From an uncultured Verrucomicrobiae bacterium (GTDB taxonomy: Bacteria; Verrucomicrobiota; Verrucomicrobiia; Limisphaerales; UBA11358), in contig CAWIGO010000012.1 in the NCBI GenBank assembly GCA_963835625.1, positions 28,895-92,894 on the forward strand: a stretch of DNA of 64,000 nt. The letters run 5' to 3'. The stretch's first letter is position 1. Each line of letters starts with the position of its first letter. Made by a program: the position numbers and the translations under genes. Shown piece by piece: positions 49,586 to 58,121 of this stretch. Below the pieces are notes generated by a model. The model was not told where the DNA came from, did no database searches, and saw only the letters and a program-made list of their open reading frames with translations.

Positions 49586-49661
49586 TGGCAGGGCGTGAGG
49601 GACTCGAACCCCCAACCAACGGTTTTGGAGACCGCTACTCTACCAATTGAGCTAACGCCCT
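49586..49661 (-). tRNA. tRNA-Trp(CCA)
   Basis: AGGGCGT acceptor stem, anticodon loop CUCCAAA, GGTTCGAGT T-loop and encoded CCA. It sits at the classic tuf-tRNA-Trp-secE position. Confidence 0.9.
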
Positions 49662-49742
49662 AAGCCGTCGAGTCATGTTCATTTATTCAGACAGGAAAGG
49701 AGCCGGGGAATTCATCCCCGTGCTCCAATTTTGAAAACCGCC

Positions 49743-50933
49743 TTAGGCAATGACTTCCGTCACGCGGCCCGCGCCAATCGTGCGGCCACCTTCGCGGATC
49801 GCAAAACGCTGGCCCTTTTCCATGGCCACCGGCGCGATAACCTTTACCTCCACCGAAACGTTGTCACCCGGCATGACCATTTCCACCCCCTGCGGGAGTG
49901 TCACCGTGCCGGTTACGTCGGTGGTACGAAAATAAAATTGCGGACGATAGTTCGTAAAGAACGGCGTATGCCGGCCGCCTTCCTCCTTGGACAACACATA
50001 AACCTCCGACTTGAAGTGCGTATGCGGCGTGATCGTTCCCGGCTTGGCCAGCACCATGCCGCGTTCGACTTCTTCCTTCTTGATGCCGCGTAACAGCACG
50101 CCGACATTGTCGCCGCACTGCGCCGAGTCCAGCAGCTTGCGGAACATCTCGATGTCGGTCGCCACAGTCTTGCGCGTTTCGCCCAAACCAACGATTGCCA
50201 CTTCCTCCATGCGCTTGAGCTGCCCGCGCTCCACACGTCCGGTGACAACCGTGCCACGACCTTCAATGTTGAACACGTCCTCGATGCACATCAGGAACGG
50301 CTTGTCAATCTCGCGCGTCGGCAGCGGAATGAACGCATCAATGGCTTCCATCAATTTCTGAATGGAGTCCGCGTGCTCCTTTTCGCCCGCCAACGCCAGT
50401 TTGGCGCTGCCGCGAATAATCGGTGTCTTGTCGCCCGGGAATTCATATTTGGTCAGCAGATCGCGGACTTCCATTTCCACCAAGTCGAGCAGTTCCTTGT
50501 CGTCCACGAGGTCAACCTTGTTCAGGTAAACTACGATGGCGGGCACCCCAACCTGGCGTGCCAGCAGCACGTGCTCCTTGGTTTGAGGCATCGGACCTTC
50601 CGAAGCATCCACAACGAGGATGGCGCCGTCCATCTGGGCCGCCCCGGTAATCATGTTCTTGATGAAGTCGGCATGACCCGGACAGTCAATGTGGGCGTAA
50701 TGACGCTTGTCGCTCTGGTACTCCGTGTGGGACACGGCAATGGTCAGGGTCTTGGTCTCGTCGCGAATCGTGCCGCCCTTCGTAATCTCCGCGTAAGACT
50801 TGATCTGTGCCAGGCCCTTTCCAGCCTGCACCTTGACAATTGCAGCCGTCAAAGTGGATTTGCCATGGTCAATGTGCCCGATGGTGCCGACGTTGACGTG
50901 CGGCTTCGTTCGTTGAAATTGTTCTTTAGCCAT
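49743..50933 (-). CDS. tuf: Elongation factor Tu
   Basis: Trimmed to the ATG at 50933 ([29 protein letters not shown]...). The upstream part of the ORF covers tRNA-Thr. Confidence 0.98.
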   Translation of the reverse strand: MAKEQFQRTKPHVNVGTIGHIDHGKSTLTAAIVKVQAGKGLAQIKSYAEITKGGTIRDETKTLTIAVSHTEYQSDKRHYAHIDCPGHADFIKNMITGAAQMDGAILVVDASEGPMPQTKEHVLLARQVGVPAIVVYLNKVDLVDDKELLDLVEMEVRDLLTKYEFPGDKTPIIRGSAKLALAGEKEHADSIQKLMEAIDAFIPLPTREIDKPFLMCIEDVFNIEGRGTVVTGRVERGQLKRMEEVAIVGLGETRKTVATDIEMFRKLLDSAQCGDNVGVLLRGIKKEEVERGMVLAKPGTITPHTHFKSEVYVLSKEEGGRHTPFFTNYRPQFYFRTTDVTGTVTLPQGVEMVMPGDNVSVEVKVIAPVAMEKGQRFAIREGGRTIGAGRVTEVIA

Positions 50934-50968
50934 TGTTGTCTCCTGCGTTTGGTTTTCGTTCGTTAAAC

Positions 50969-51044
<76 letters not shown>

Positions 51045-51168
51045 GCATTCAAATCATTAGTCCGACCCGACATGCAAAACGACAAAAAACCATTTCCCCT
51101 CGTTCTTTTCTTTCGAAAACCCGAGGGGCTAAACGGCTTTTTGACTTTTTACGGCTCTGACGGACTGC

Positions 51169-51197
51169 AAACTATGCAATACACCCAACCCTGTCAA
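51169..51197 (-). promoter_or_regulatory. Putative sigma70 promoter for tRNA-Thr/tuf
   Basis: Minus strand reads TTGACA (51197-51192), a 17-nt spacer, then TAGTTT (51174-51169), about 125 nt upstream of tRNA-Thr. Confidence 0.4.
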
Positions 51198-51215
51198 CAG
51201 CTTTTTTAGCCCATT

Positions 51216-51983
51216 TTACTTGCTGATTCCCCGTTCACTTGCCCGCACAAATTGAATCAAATATCGAATCTCGGGCAACGGCGGCAATTTCTTTTCAACC
51301 TTCACCACCGCGTTGGAAACGGCAAGTCCTTCGCGAAACAGAATCTTGTAAGCCTGCCGCAATGCAATCTGCGCCTTTTCAGAAATACCGTTCCGTTCCA
51401 TGCCGATTTTGTTGATGGTTCGTGTTTCCGCAGGGTTGCCATCAGCCATCATGAATGGCGGCACGTCCTGCACGACTTTTGAGCAACCGCCTATCATCGC
51501 CATTTTGCCGATGCGACAAAACTGATGAATTGCCGCCAATCCACCAATCACCGCGTAATCCTCCACCACGACATGCCCCGCAAGTGTGGCGACATTTGAC
51601 ATGATAACGTGGTCGCCGAGCGTCACATTGTGAGCGATGTGGCAATAAGCAAGGATGTGATTGTGCGATCCAACGCGCGTGACCTCGCCATCACCGGTCG
51701 CGCTGTGAATGGTGACGTATTCGCGGAATGTGTTGTGGTCGCCGATTTCCGTGCGCGTGACACCACCGTTCCATTTCAAGTCCTGCGTCTTCAGCCCGAT
51801 GCTCGCGAACGGGAAAATTTCATTCTCCTTTCCCAATTTCGTGTGTCCGTCAATGACAACGTGCGAATACAGTTTGCAACCGCTCCCGAGCACGACGTAT
51901 TCGCCAATGACACAGTAAGGACCGATTCCGCAGCCGGAACCGATTTTGGCTTTTGAATGAATGATGGCCGTGGGATGAATCAT
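51216..51983 (-). CDS. lpxA: Acyl-ACP--UDP-N-acetylglucosamine O-acyltransferase
   Basis: 255 aa with left-handed beta-helix hexapeptide repeats (MIHPTAIIHSKAKIG...) and an LpxA C-terminal helical domain. Confidence 0.92.
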   Translation of the reverse strand: MIHPTAIIHSKAKIGSGCGIGPYCVIGEYVVLGSGCKLYSHVVIDGHTKLGKENEIFPFASIGLKTQDLKWNGGVTRTEIGDHNTFREYVTIHSATGDGEVTRVGSHNHILAYCHIAHNVTLGDHVIMSNVATLAGHVVVEDYAVIGGLAAIHQFCRIGKMAMIGGCSKVVQDVPPFMMADGNPAETRTINKIGMERNGISEKAQIALRQAYKILFREGLAVSNAVVKVEKKLPPLPEIRYLIQFVRASERGISK

Positions 51984-52007
51984 GGGAATTTCGCAATTTG
52001 AAATTCG

Positions 52008-53414
52008 TCATTCGCCACGCAACATGAAAGTGACTTCCGCTTCGCTCACCATTTCGCCGCCGACCTTGCAAATTCCTTTGGCCTTGCAGATTTTGCCGCG
52101 CGTTTTCATGAGCTCAACTTCAATGACCAGTATGTCACCGGGCACAACCAGTTTGCGCCATTTGACATTTTCAGCGGACATGAAGTAAGCGAGCTGCCGT
52201 CCGGTTTCGGCGTGTTTCATCATCAAAAGGCCGGCAACCTGCGCGATGGCTTCGAGTTGCAAAACGCCCGGCATGATCGGATGCCCCGGGAAATGTCCCT
52301 GAAAATACCATTCGTTCATCGTGACGTTTTTGACGCCGATGATTTTGTTGCCGTCCATTTTCAGAATCCGGTCCACCATCAAAAACGGCGGGCGATGCGG
52401 CAGCAGTTTCATGATTTGCTCAATGTCCATCGCGACGTCTTCGGAAATCATCGATTCAGGCGCGGCAACTTTCGCCGGCGGCGGCGCGAACGTTTGCGCG
52501 GCGCGCAATGGCTTTTGCATCTGTGCGATGATTTGCCGGACAAATTCGCAATTGGCCGCGTGACTCGGTTTCACTGCAACCAGGTGCCCGCGAATCGGCC
52601 GTCCGAGCAGCGACAAATCGCCGACGATGTCGAGCATCTTGTGCCGCACGAACTCCTCGGGATACCGCATCGGCTCGGTCGTCAGCACCGCGTCGTCGCG
52701 AATGACAATGGCGTTCTCCAAACTGCCGCCCTTGATCAAATTATTTTTGATGAGGTGCTCGATTTCCTCGTAAAAACAAAACGTCCGCGCGTGCGCCAAT
52801 TCTTTTTCCCAGGTCTTCGGCGTGATTTCCGTGCTGTAAAATTGGGTGAACCGGCCTTTTTTGTCGGCACTCGTGCAGGTGATTCTGAAACCGTCGCCGG
52901 GAAACAGCGTCATTACCGTTTCGCCCGCTTCCAGTTCAATCGGCTCGGTGGGCGTGAAGGACTCGCGCTTTTCGGCCTGCGGCGCGATGCCCGCGGCCTG
53001 AATGATTTTGCAAAACTCGCGCGAACTGCCGTCGGCAATCGGGGGCTCGCTCCCGTCCAATTCAATGATGGCATTATCAATTCCATAACCCGCCAGCGTC
53101 GCGAGCACGTGCTCGACGGTGTGGATTTTCACGTTGCCCTTGACGAGCGTCGTTGAACGGTTTGTCTCGACGACATTTTCCACGCGCGCCTCGATTTCGG
53201 GTTTGCCGTCGAGGTCAACGCGGCGGAAACGAACGCCGCTGTTGGCGGGCGCGGGCAGAATCGTCATGTTCACCCGGTTGCCGCTGTGCAGGCCGACGCC
53301 GGAAAAACTCGCGGCGCGATTGAGAGTTTGCTGATTCAGCACGGACGGATTAAACAAAACGCAGGCGCGGTTGGCAAGGTTGCACTTGCTGCTCCAGCAG
53401 TGCTCTTTGAACAC
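52008..53414 (-). CDS. lpxC: Bifunctional UDP-3-O-acyl-GlcNAc deacetylase / 3-hydroxyacyl-ACP dehydratase
   Basis: LpxC N-terminal part (QQTLNRAASFSGVGLHSGNRV..., HTVEHVLA) fused to a FabZ hot-dog domain (LPHRPPFLMVD...GHFPGHPIMPGV). The GTG start is uncertain. Confidence 0.9.
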   Translation of the reverse strand: MFKEHCWSSKCNLANRACVLFNPSVLNQQTLNRAASFSGVGLHSGNRVNMTILPAPANSGVRFRRVDLDGKPEIEARVENVVETNRSTTLVKGNVKIHTVEHVLATLAGYGIDNAIIELDGSEPPIADGSSREFCKIIQAAGIAPQAEKRESFTPTEPIELEAGETVMTLFPGDGFRITCTSADKKGRFTQFYSTEITPKTWEKELAHARTFCFYEEIEHLIKNNLIKGGSLENAIVIRDDAVLTTEPMRYPEEFVRHKMLDIVGDLSLLGRPIRGHLVAVKPSHAANCEFVRQIIAQMQKPLRAAQTFAPPPAKVAAPESMISEDVAMDIEQIMKLLPHRPPFLMVDRILKMDGNKIIGVKNVTMNEWYFQGHFPGHPIMPGVLQLEAIAQVAGLLMMKHAETGRQLAYFMSAENVKWRKLVVPGDILVIEVELMKTRGKICKAKGICKVGGEMVSEAEVTFMLRGE

Positions 53415-53554
53415 CGTTTCGGTGGGTCACAGACCGCAGAAACAACCAAAATTCCCATTGAAAATAATTCTTACAGGAATAAAGTCCCAACCATGAAACT
53501 AAAGAGGCTGCATACAGCGCGCTGCCTGCTCACTGTTAGGCCATAAGACGCATT

Positions 53555-53881
53555 ATGAAAACCGCGCACACATTGATATTGATTTCGATCATGATTCTTG
53601 CTGGCTGCACAACCGCTCCAAAAACCAATCGTTTAAGCCTTGGCATCACCAAGCAGCAGGTTATTGCCGTCATGGGGGCACCAAACAGCACGGCAGCGCA
53701 TATTGCAGGCGTTGAGATACTCCGTTACCGACTCTCGGCCACGAGCCACGATGTTTTTCACCACCGCACTGAAGAATATTTTGTGAGGTTGGTTGGCGGC
53801 AAAGTGGATAGTTACGGAAAGATGGGAGATTTTGATTCCGAGAAAGATTTGACCAAAAAATTAAACAGCGGAAACAGATGA
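53555..53881 (+). CDS. Cassette ORF: small lipoprotein (BamE/SmpA-OmlA-like by eye)
   Basis: 108 aa with the lipobox ILAGC. LSLGITKQQVIAVMGAPNS resembles the SmpA/OmlA fold opening. Confidence 0.6.
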   Translation: MKTAHTLILISIMILAGCTTAPKTNRLSLGITKQQVIAVMGAPNSTAAHIAGVEILRYRLSATSHDVFHHRTEEYFVRLVGGKVDSYGKMGDFDSEKDLTKKLNSGNR

Positions 53882-53888
53882 CACAGTG

Positions 53889-54032
53889 GCCTAACAAGTC
53901 GCCGGAGCCAACTCCGATAAATCGCGAGCGGGCGCGGGATGGCGCAAGCAGCCTGCCCCGAAAGCTTTCGGGGTTCCGGAAGTCGCGGTTCACGTCATTT
54001 GATCCCGCGTGCCTGAGCTCTGGACGTTCGGG
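53889..54032 (+). repeat. attC-like site 2A
   Basis: R'' GCCTAAC at 53889-53895. L' is GCGTGCCTGAGCTCTGGAC. R' is the degenerate GTTCGGG at 54026-54032. The internal core shares 21- and 22-nt identical blocks with site 1A. Confidence 0.6.
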
Positions 54033-54044
54033 CGGAGGTGAAAG

Positions 54045-55544
54045 ATGAGCAATGCACCAGATCCAAGACCGTTAAGCCCTATTTCTGCGTTCGCCTGGCT
54101 CGCGCTGCAGAATGACACTGCCTTTCTTGCATCGCTTGCCATCATTCCGCTGGCGATTGACCTTGCCACGCGCTTCATCTGGAGGATTAACCCGCCCCAC
54201 GGTTGGTTCCTTGTTGGTGCCACATTGGTTCTCCTCAGCGTGATGTCGGTAATTGTCGTGGGGAAACGCGTCCCGTTGCTGTTTGGTCTCGCCGCCCTTT
54301 ACCTGGGGGCGATGCTCCTGTTCGAGTCATGGCAGGAGGTTAGGATCGTTTCAGCCCTCGCAGAATTTGCATTTCCCTCAAACGAGAGTATGAACGCGTT
54401 CAGGATTCTCCTACCATTAACAATGCTCTTATCTTTCTCCGTCGCGGTTAGCGCCGTCGTGGCCATCGTCCGTTGGGATACGGGATGCGTCCTTCTCCTA
54501 TGGACACTTCCGCCGCTCGTGTTCCTTCGCTACGCGCTCTGGTTTGCCATGCGCGACGCACCAATTACCGTCATCGGCGAGTATGCTCTCGGCACATCGC
54601 TCTTCCTTTCTCTTTACAACACCCTTTTCTTGGCAGACTACGACAAGAACACAGACCCGGCCTATGTCCCCGGAACTTCATACATGCGCTCTTCACGTCG
54701 CTTGTGCCGATGTTGGCGTGGCCTTATTCTCGTTCTCTATCTCTGGTTTGCGCTACTCGCCGTCTTCGCCGCAAACACATACGTGGGGGACATCTTCTGC
54801 CAAAGCAGCGCCCGCCGAGTGCCTCAGTTCTTCTACGCTGTCACGCGCCTTCTTTCTCCTTTGCTCAGAGCATCTGTGAATCTCGTACCGATCGTTTTTG
54901 TTCTGTGTCTACTTGTCGGCATTTTGAGGATGATTCAGAGAGGGGCTGAAGCAGCCCGAACCAGAAGCTCCAGACTACCTCGCGTTCGGCCAAGAAAGGA
55001 GTATCAAATGTGGAACATCTTTCGATCAAAGATCAGTGATGCAGACCGGGATGCCGCGACGCGCTACCTACGCGCACTCTGCAAACTCGTCGCCGTTTTA
55101 GATAAGGACGCCGAAGCCTTCAATGACGTGTTTAATCGTTTCGACAGCAGTGATTCGTCAAACGAGGTCAATGGCTACCAAGTCAAGGCCGCCGCCGAAA
55201 AGTCGCTACAAGTAGCTTCTGAATTATCCTTACGTCATACAACCATAGGGAACGTCCCCGCTGTAGCCAACAAGACTTTTCAAGCATGGACGGAAGCATT
55301 CGAAGAGTACTCGATGTTCACCGGGCACCGCATGCTCAACGCGGGTTTCCTTGCACGGCACGGACGCGCTCCATTGGATCAGACACTGCACATACAACAT
55401 TACCATAAGTTCGGAATTGCTCTTTCAAAGGCTCAACGACAATTGAAAAGACTCGCATCTCATTTGGGTGTAAGCGACCAGCAGATGGCCGAATGGTTGT
55501 TCGGGGAAGGAGCGACGGAAACACAACCGCACAATCAAAGTTGA
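54045..55544 (+). CDS. Cassette ORF: large polytopic membrane protein with soluble C-terminal domain (hypothetical)
   Basis: 499 aa with a GGAGG Shine-Dalgarno sequence 6 nt upstream. About 8 TM helices are followed by a roughly 180 aa helical domain. An internal AAGGAG + ATG lies at 55008. Confidence 0.6.
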   Translation: MSNAPDPRPLSPISAFAWLALQNDTAFLASLAIIPLAIDLATRFIWRINPPHGWFLVGATLVLLSVMSVIVVGKRVPLLFGLAALYLGAMLLFESWQEVRIVSALAEFAFPSNESMNAFRILLPLTMLLSFSVAVSAVVAIVRWDTGCVLLLWTLPPLVFLRYALWFAMRDAPITVIGEYALGTSLFLSLYNTLFLADYDKNTDPAYVPGTSYMRSSRRLCRCWRGLILVLYLWFALLAVFAANTYVGDIFCQSSARRVPQFFYAVTRLLSPLLRASVNLVPIVFVLCLLVGILRMIQRGAEAARTRSSRLPRVRPRKEYQMWNIFRSKISDADRDAATRYLRALCKLVAVLDKDAEAFNDVFNRFDSSDSSNEVNGYQVKAAAEKSLQVASELSLRHTTIGNVPAVANKTFQAWTEAFEEYSMFTGHRMLNAGFLARHGRAPLDQTLHIQHYHKFGIALSKAQRQLKRLASHLGVSDQQMAEWLFGEGATETQPHNQS

Positions 55545-55550
55545 GACATG

Positions 55551-55671
55551 GTCGAAGGCGCTGCAGGCAACAGCCGCCGCGCCGGGCAGTTGACCGGTTT
55601 ATGAAACTCGAACATCATCATTGAAGGCCATGTCCCGCTCAGCGGCTGTGCCTGAGCTTTGGACGTTAGGC
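55551..55671 (+). repeat. attC-like site 2B
   Basis: Degenerate R'' GTCGAAG followed by the exact L'' GCGCTGCAGGCAAC. L' is GTGCCTGAGCTTTGGAC. R' GTTAGGC at 55665-55671. Confidence 0.55.
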
Positions 55672-55770
55672 ATCGCGAGCGGGCTTGCCACCGCCCCTTC
55701 CGCCTCCATCGGATTTCGGCGCGACAGGCTACGGTTCAATTTCACTTCTAATACCAATTCCCAGTGTAAA

Positions 55771-55835
55771 GGTAGGGACGTTTCGCCGAAACGTCCGCAC
55801 AAATGAACGGACGCATGAGGCCATGCGTCCCTACC
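55771..55835. repeat. REP-like element GGTAGGG-hairpin-spacer-hairpin-CCCTACC
   Basis: GGTAGGGACGTTTC-GCC-GAAACGTCC ... GGACGCATG-AGGC-CATGCGTCCCTACC forms two 9-bp hairpins framed by inverted GGTAGGG/CCCTACC. Confidence 0.7.
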
Positions 55836-55880
55836 CAATATTTTAAACCGTTGCACACCCGAATAATCCAACTGAAACCG

Positions 55881-55901
55881 ATAGGGTCGCGCGTCCCTAC
55901 C
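55881..55901. repeat. Short REP-like palindrome (ATAGGGTCGCGCGTCCCTACC)
   Basis: Imperfect palindrome of the same GGTAGGG family, about 45 bp from the previous element. Confidence 0.5.
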
Positions 55902-55924
55902 AACAAATTGGATGAATTGCCGTG

Positions 55925-57145
55925 CTAAATTATATCCGCCGCCAGCACGCGAAGCATTTCCTCCAATGAGGTTTCTCCGGCAACAACGCGTTGAAGTCCG
56001 TTTTGCAAGAGTGTTCTCATGCCTTGCTGGATGGCAATTTCCTCCAGCGCGGACGTGGGCATTTTTTTCAAGATCGCCTCGCGGAAGGGTTCATCCACGA
56101 CCAGCAATTCCGTCACGGGCATGCGACCGGAGAAACCGGTGTTGTGGCACCCGTCGCAACCTCTGCTGCGACAGAATTGCGCCTCTGGCAGCAATGCTTC
56201 AGGAACAATTTTGAGCTGGCTTGGTTCCGGATCATACGATCGTAAACAATCCTGACAATTGCGCCGTATCAGCCGCATTCCCATCACGCCAAGAACGCTC
56301 GACGCCAGCATGAACGGCTCGATCTCCATGTTGATCAACCGTGTGAACGCGCCCGCCGAAACGCCGGAGTGAATTGTGCTGAGGACCAAATGTCCCGTCA
56401 GGCCGGCCTGCACCGCGATGGCGGCGGTCTCCGGGTCGCGAATCTCGCCCACCATGACCACCTGCGGGTCCTGCCGCAGGATGCTCCGAAGGGCGACGGC
56501 GTAAGTGAACTCCTGCGCAGGATTGATCTGTGTCTGGCTGACCATCGGCAGATTGAATTCCACCGGGTCCTCCACCGTGCTAATGCTGATGCTCGTGCCA
56601 TCGCGCTGCATGATGTGGCAAAGCGACGAATACATCGTGCTCGTCTTGCCGGAACCAACCGGTCCGGTGAACAGCATCAGACCGCTCGGCCGTTTGAGCA
56701 GGCGCAACAGCCCTTGCTGCGTCGAATCGTCAAAACCGAGCGTGTTCAAATCAAACCGCCGGTCACGCGGGTCAAAAAGCCGCACAACAATTTTTTCGCC
56801 GCGCGTCGTGGGAAAAATCGAGATGCGCAATTGCACGTCGTCCAATTCCGGCCCGCCCATCGCCGTGCCATCCTGCGGTATTCCTGACTGGTAGGTCACC
56901 AGGTTGGACATGACTTTGAAGCGCGCGGAAATCTTGTCCAACAACTCCAGCTGCAGGTTCGCCACTTCGAGCAGCACGCCGTTGACGCGCGCGCGCACCG
57001 CGATGGCGTCTTCCCACGGCTCAATGTGCAGATCGCTCGCGCTGAGTTTGATGGCGTCCTGCACCATGCAGTTGACCAGCACGATGACCTCAGGCCCTTG
57101 TGAGGCGACGCTTTCGGATTGGAGATAATCAACAGTGTAACCCAT
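55925..57145 (-). CDS. GspE/PilB-family secretion ATPase (short form, orphan)
   Basis: Trimmed to the ATG at 57145. It has Walker A GPVGSGKT, Asp/His boxes and a tetracysteine CQDC...CDGC. No other T2SS or T4P genes are nearby. Confidence 0.85.
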   Translation of the reverse strand: MGYTVDYLQSESVASQGPEVIVLVNCMVQDAIKLSASDLHIEPWEDAIAVRARVNGVLLEVANLQLELLDKISARFKVMSNLVTYQSGIPQDGTAMGGPELDDVQLRISIFPTTRGEKIVVRLFDPRDRRFDLNTLGFDDSTQQGLLRLLKRPSGLMLFTGPVGSGKTSTMYSSLCHIMQRDGTSISISTVEDPVEFNLPMVSQTQINPAQEFTYAVALRSILRQDPQVVMVGEIRDPETAAIAVQAGLTGHLVLSTIHSGVSAGAFTRLINMEIEPFMLASSVLGVMGMRLIRRNCQDCLRSYDPEPSQLKIVPEALLPEAQFCRSRGCDGCHNTGFSGRMPVTELLVVDEPFREAILKKMPTSALEEIAIQQGMRTLLQNGLQRVVAGETSLEEMLRVLAADII

Positions 57146-57257
57146 GTCGCATGATGCGTGTTTGCCAGAGAATAAAAGTGCTGCCTTTGAATTACAAGGA
57201 CTGGATTCAGTTTTACTTGCCGCTTGCACCGTCTGTTTTCGCATTTAACCTGTCAAA

Positions 57258-58121
57258 GTGACTTGGTTCACTGACCGGCATTTCTTTTTGATCGCCGTCG
57301 CCATTTACGGCTTGAGCACGGTGTATTCGGTTTTCCTCTGGCGAATGGGCTTTCGCAAGGATGACCGCGTGAATTATTTGCTGCTGCTCGCTGCATTCGC
57401 ACTGCACACGATCGCCATGCTCCAGCGCGGCTTTTCCATCGCCCACTGCCCCGTCAACAATCTTTACGAAGCCACCACGTTCATCGCGTGGACTATTGTC
57501 GCCGCCTACCTCGTCATCGGATTGCTGTCGCGACTGCGATTTCTCGGCGCGTTTGCGTCGCCAGTTCTGTTCGCCATCGGCGTTTTTGCGCTCATGCCCG
57601 CGCTCGATCCGCCGCACGAATTTAAACCGCAATTTTCCAGCGTGCTGACGAGTTTGCATGCCGCCTTGATTCTCCTGGCATACGGCGCGTTCGGATTGAG
57701 CGCCGTCGCCGCCTTGATGTTTTTAACCGAAGAACACGATTTGAAATTTCACAAACTACGCGCGTTTTTTTCACTGCTCCCGCCGATTCAACGGCTCGAA
57801 CGCGTGATGAGCGGGCTTGTGATCGGCGGCCTTTTTTTGCTCGCGACCGGGCTCGCAATCGGTTTGAAGCTGATTGAAATTAAACAAAAAAATGGCGCAT
57901 ATGCGCCGTTCAATTTCAAAAATGATCCGTTCTATTTTCACAGGGAACCGCTTGTGACTTATCTGATTTTTATTTGGGCATTTTACTTCGGCCTGCTGAT
58001 GGCGCGTTGGCGGTTTGGTCAAGGCGGCCGGCGATTCGCATGGGGCACGGTCGCCGGTTTTGTTTTCGTTCTGCTCACGTTTTGGGGATTTCTGCTGCTC
58101 TCACCCATTCACCAGCCATGA
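57258..58121 (+). CDS. Cytochrome c assembly protein family (CcsA/HemX-like)
   Basis: 287 aa polytopic membrane protein with a GTG start. It lies directly upstream of hemA and overlaps it, as B. subtilis hemX does. Confidence 0.75.
   Translation: MTWFTDRHFFLIAVAIYGLSTVYSVFLWRMGFRKDDRVNYLLLLAAFALHTIAMLQRGFSIAHCPVNNLYEATTFIAWTIVAAYLVIGLLSRLRFLGAFASPVLFAIGVFALMPALDPPHEFKPQFSSVLTSLHAALILLAYGAFGLSAVAALMFLTEEHDLKFHKLRAFFSLLPPIQRLERVMSGLVIGGLFLLATGLAIGLKLIEIKQKNGAYAPFNFKNDPFYFHREPLVTYLIFIWAFYFGLLMARWRFGQGGRRFAWGTVAGFVFVLLTFWGFLLLSPIHQP

Larger units (their letters stand above)
53535..55671 (+). mobile_element. Integron-type gene cassette cluster 2 (no integrase)
   Basis: GTTAGGC (53535-53541), then ORF, attC, ORF, attC, ending at GTTAGGC (55665-55671). 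It lies between the lpxC-fabZ promoter region and the 3' end of a gspE-like gene. Confidence 0.65.

Noticed and set aside
49482-49619. The upstream half of ORF 49227..49619 (MVGGSSPSRPASLWRGG...).
   Set aside because: It is a translation across the tRNA-Ser and tRNA-Trp genes. Only the distal part is SecE.
51094-51130. Inverted repeat CCCCTCG...CGAGGGG between the putative tuf promoter and tRNA-Thr.
   Set aside because: The 7-bp stem has a 19-nt loop and sits awkwardly downstream of the promoter. The evidence is too weak to call a terminator or regulatory element.
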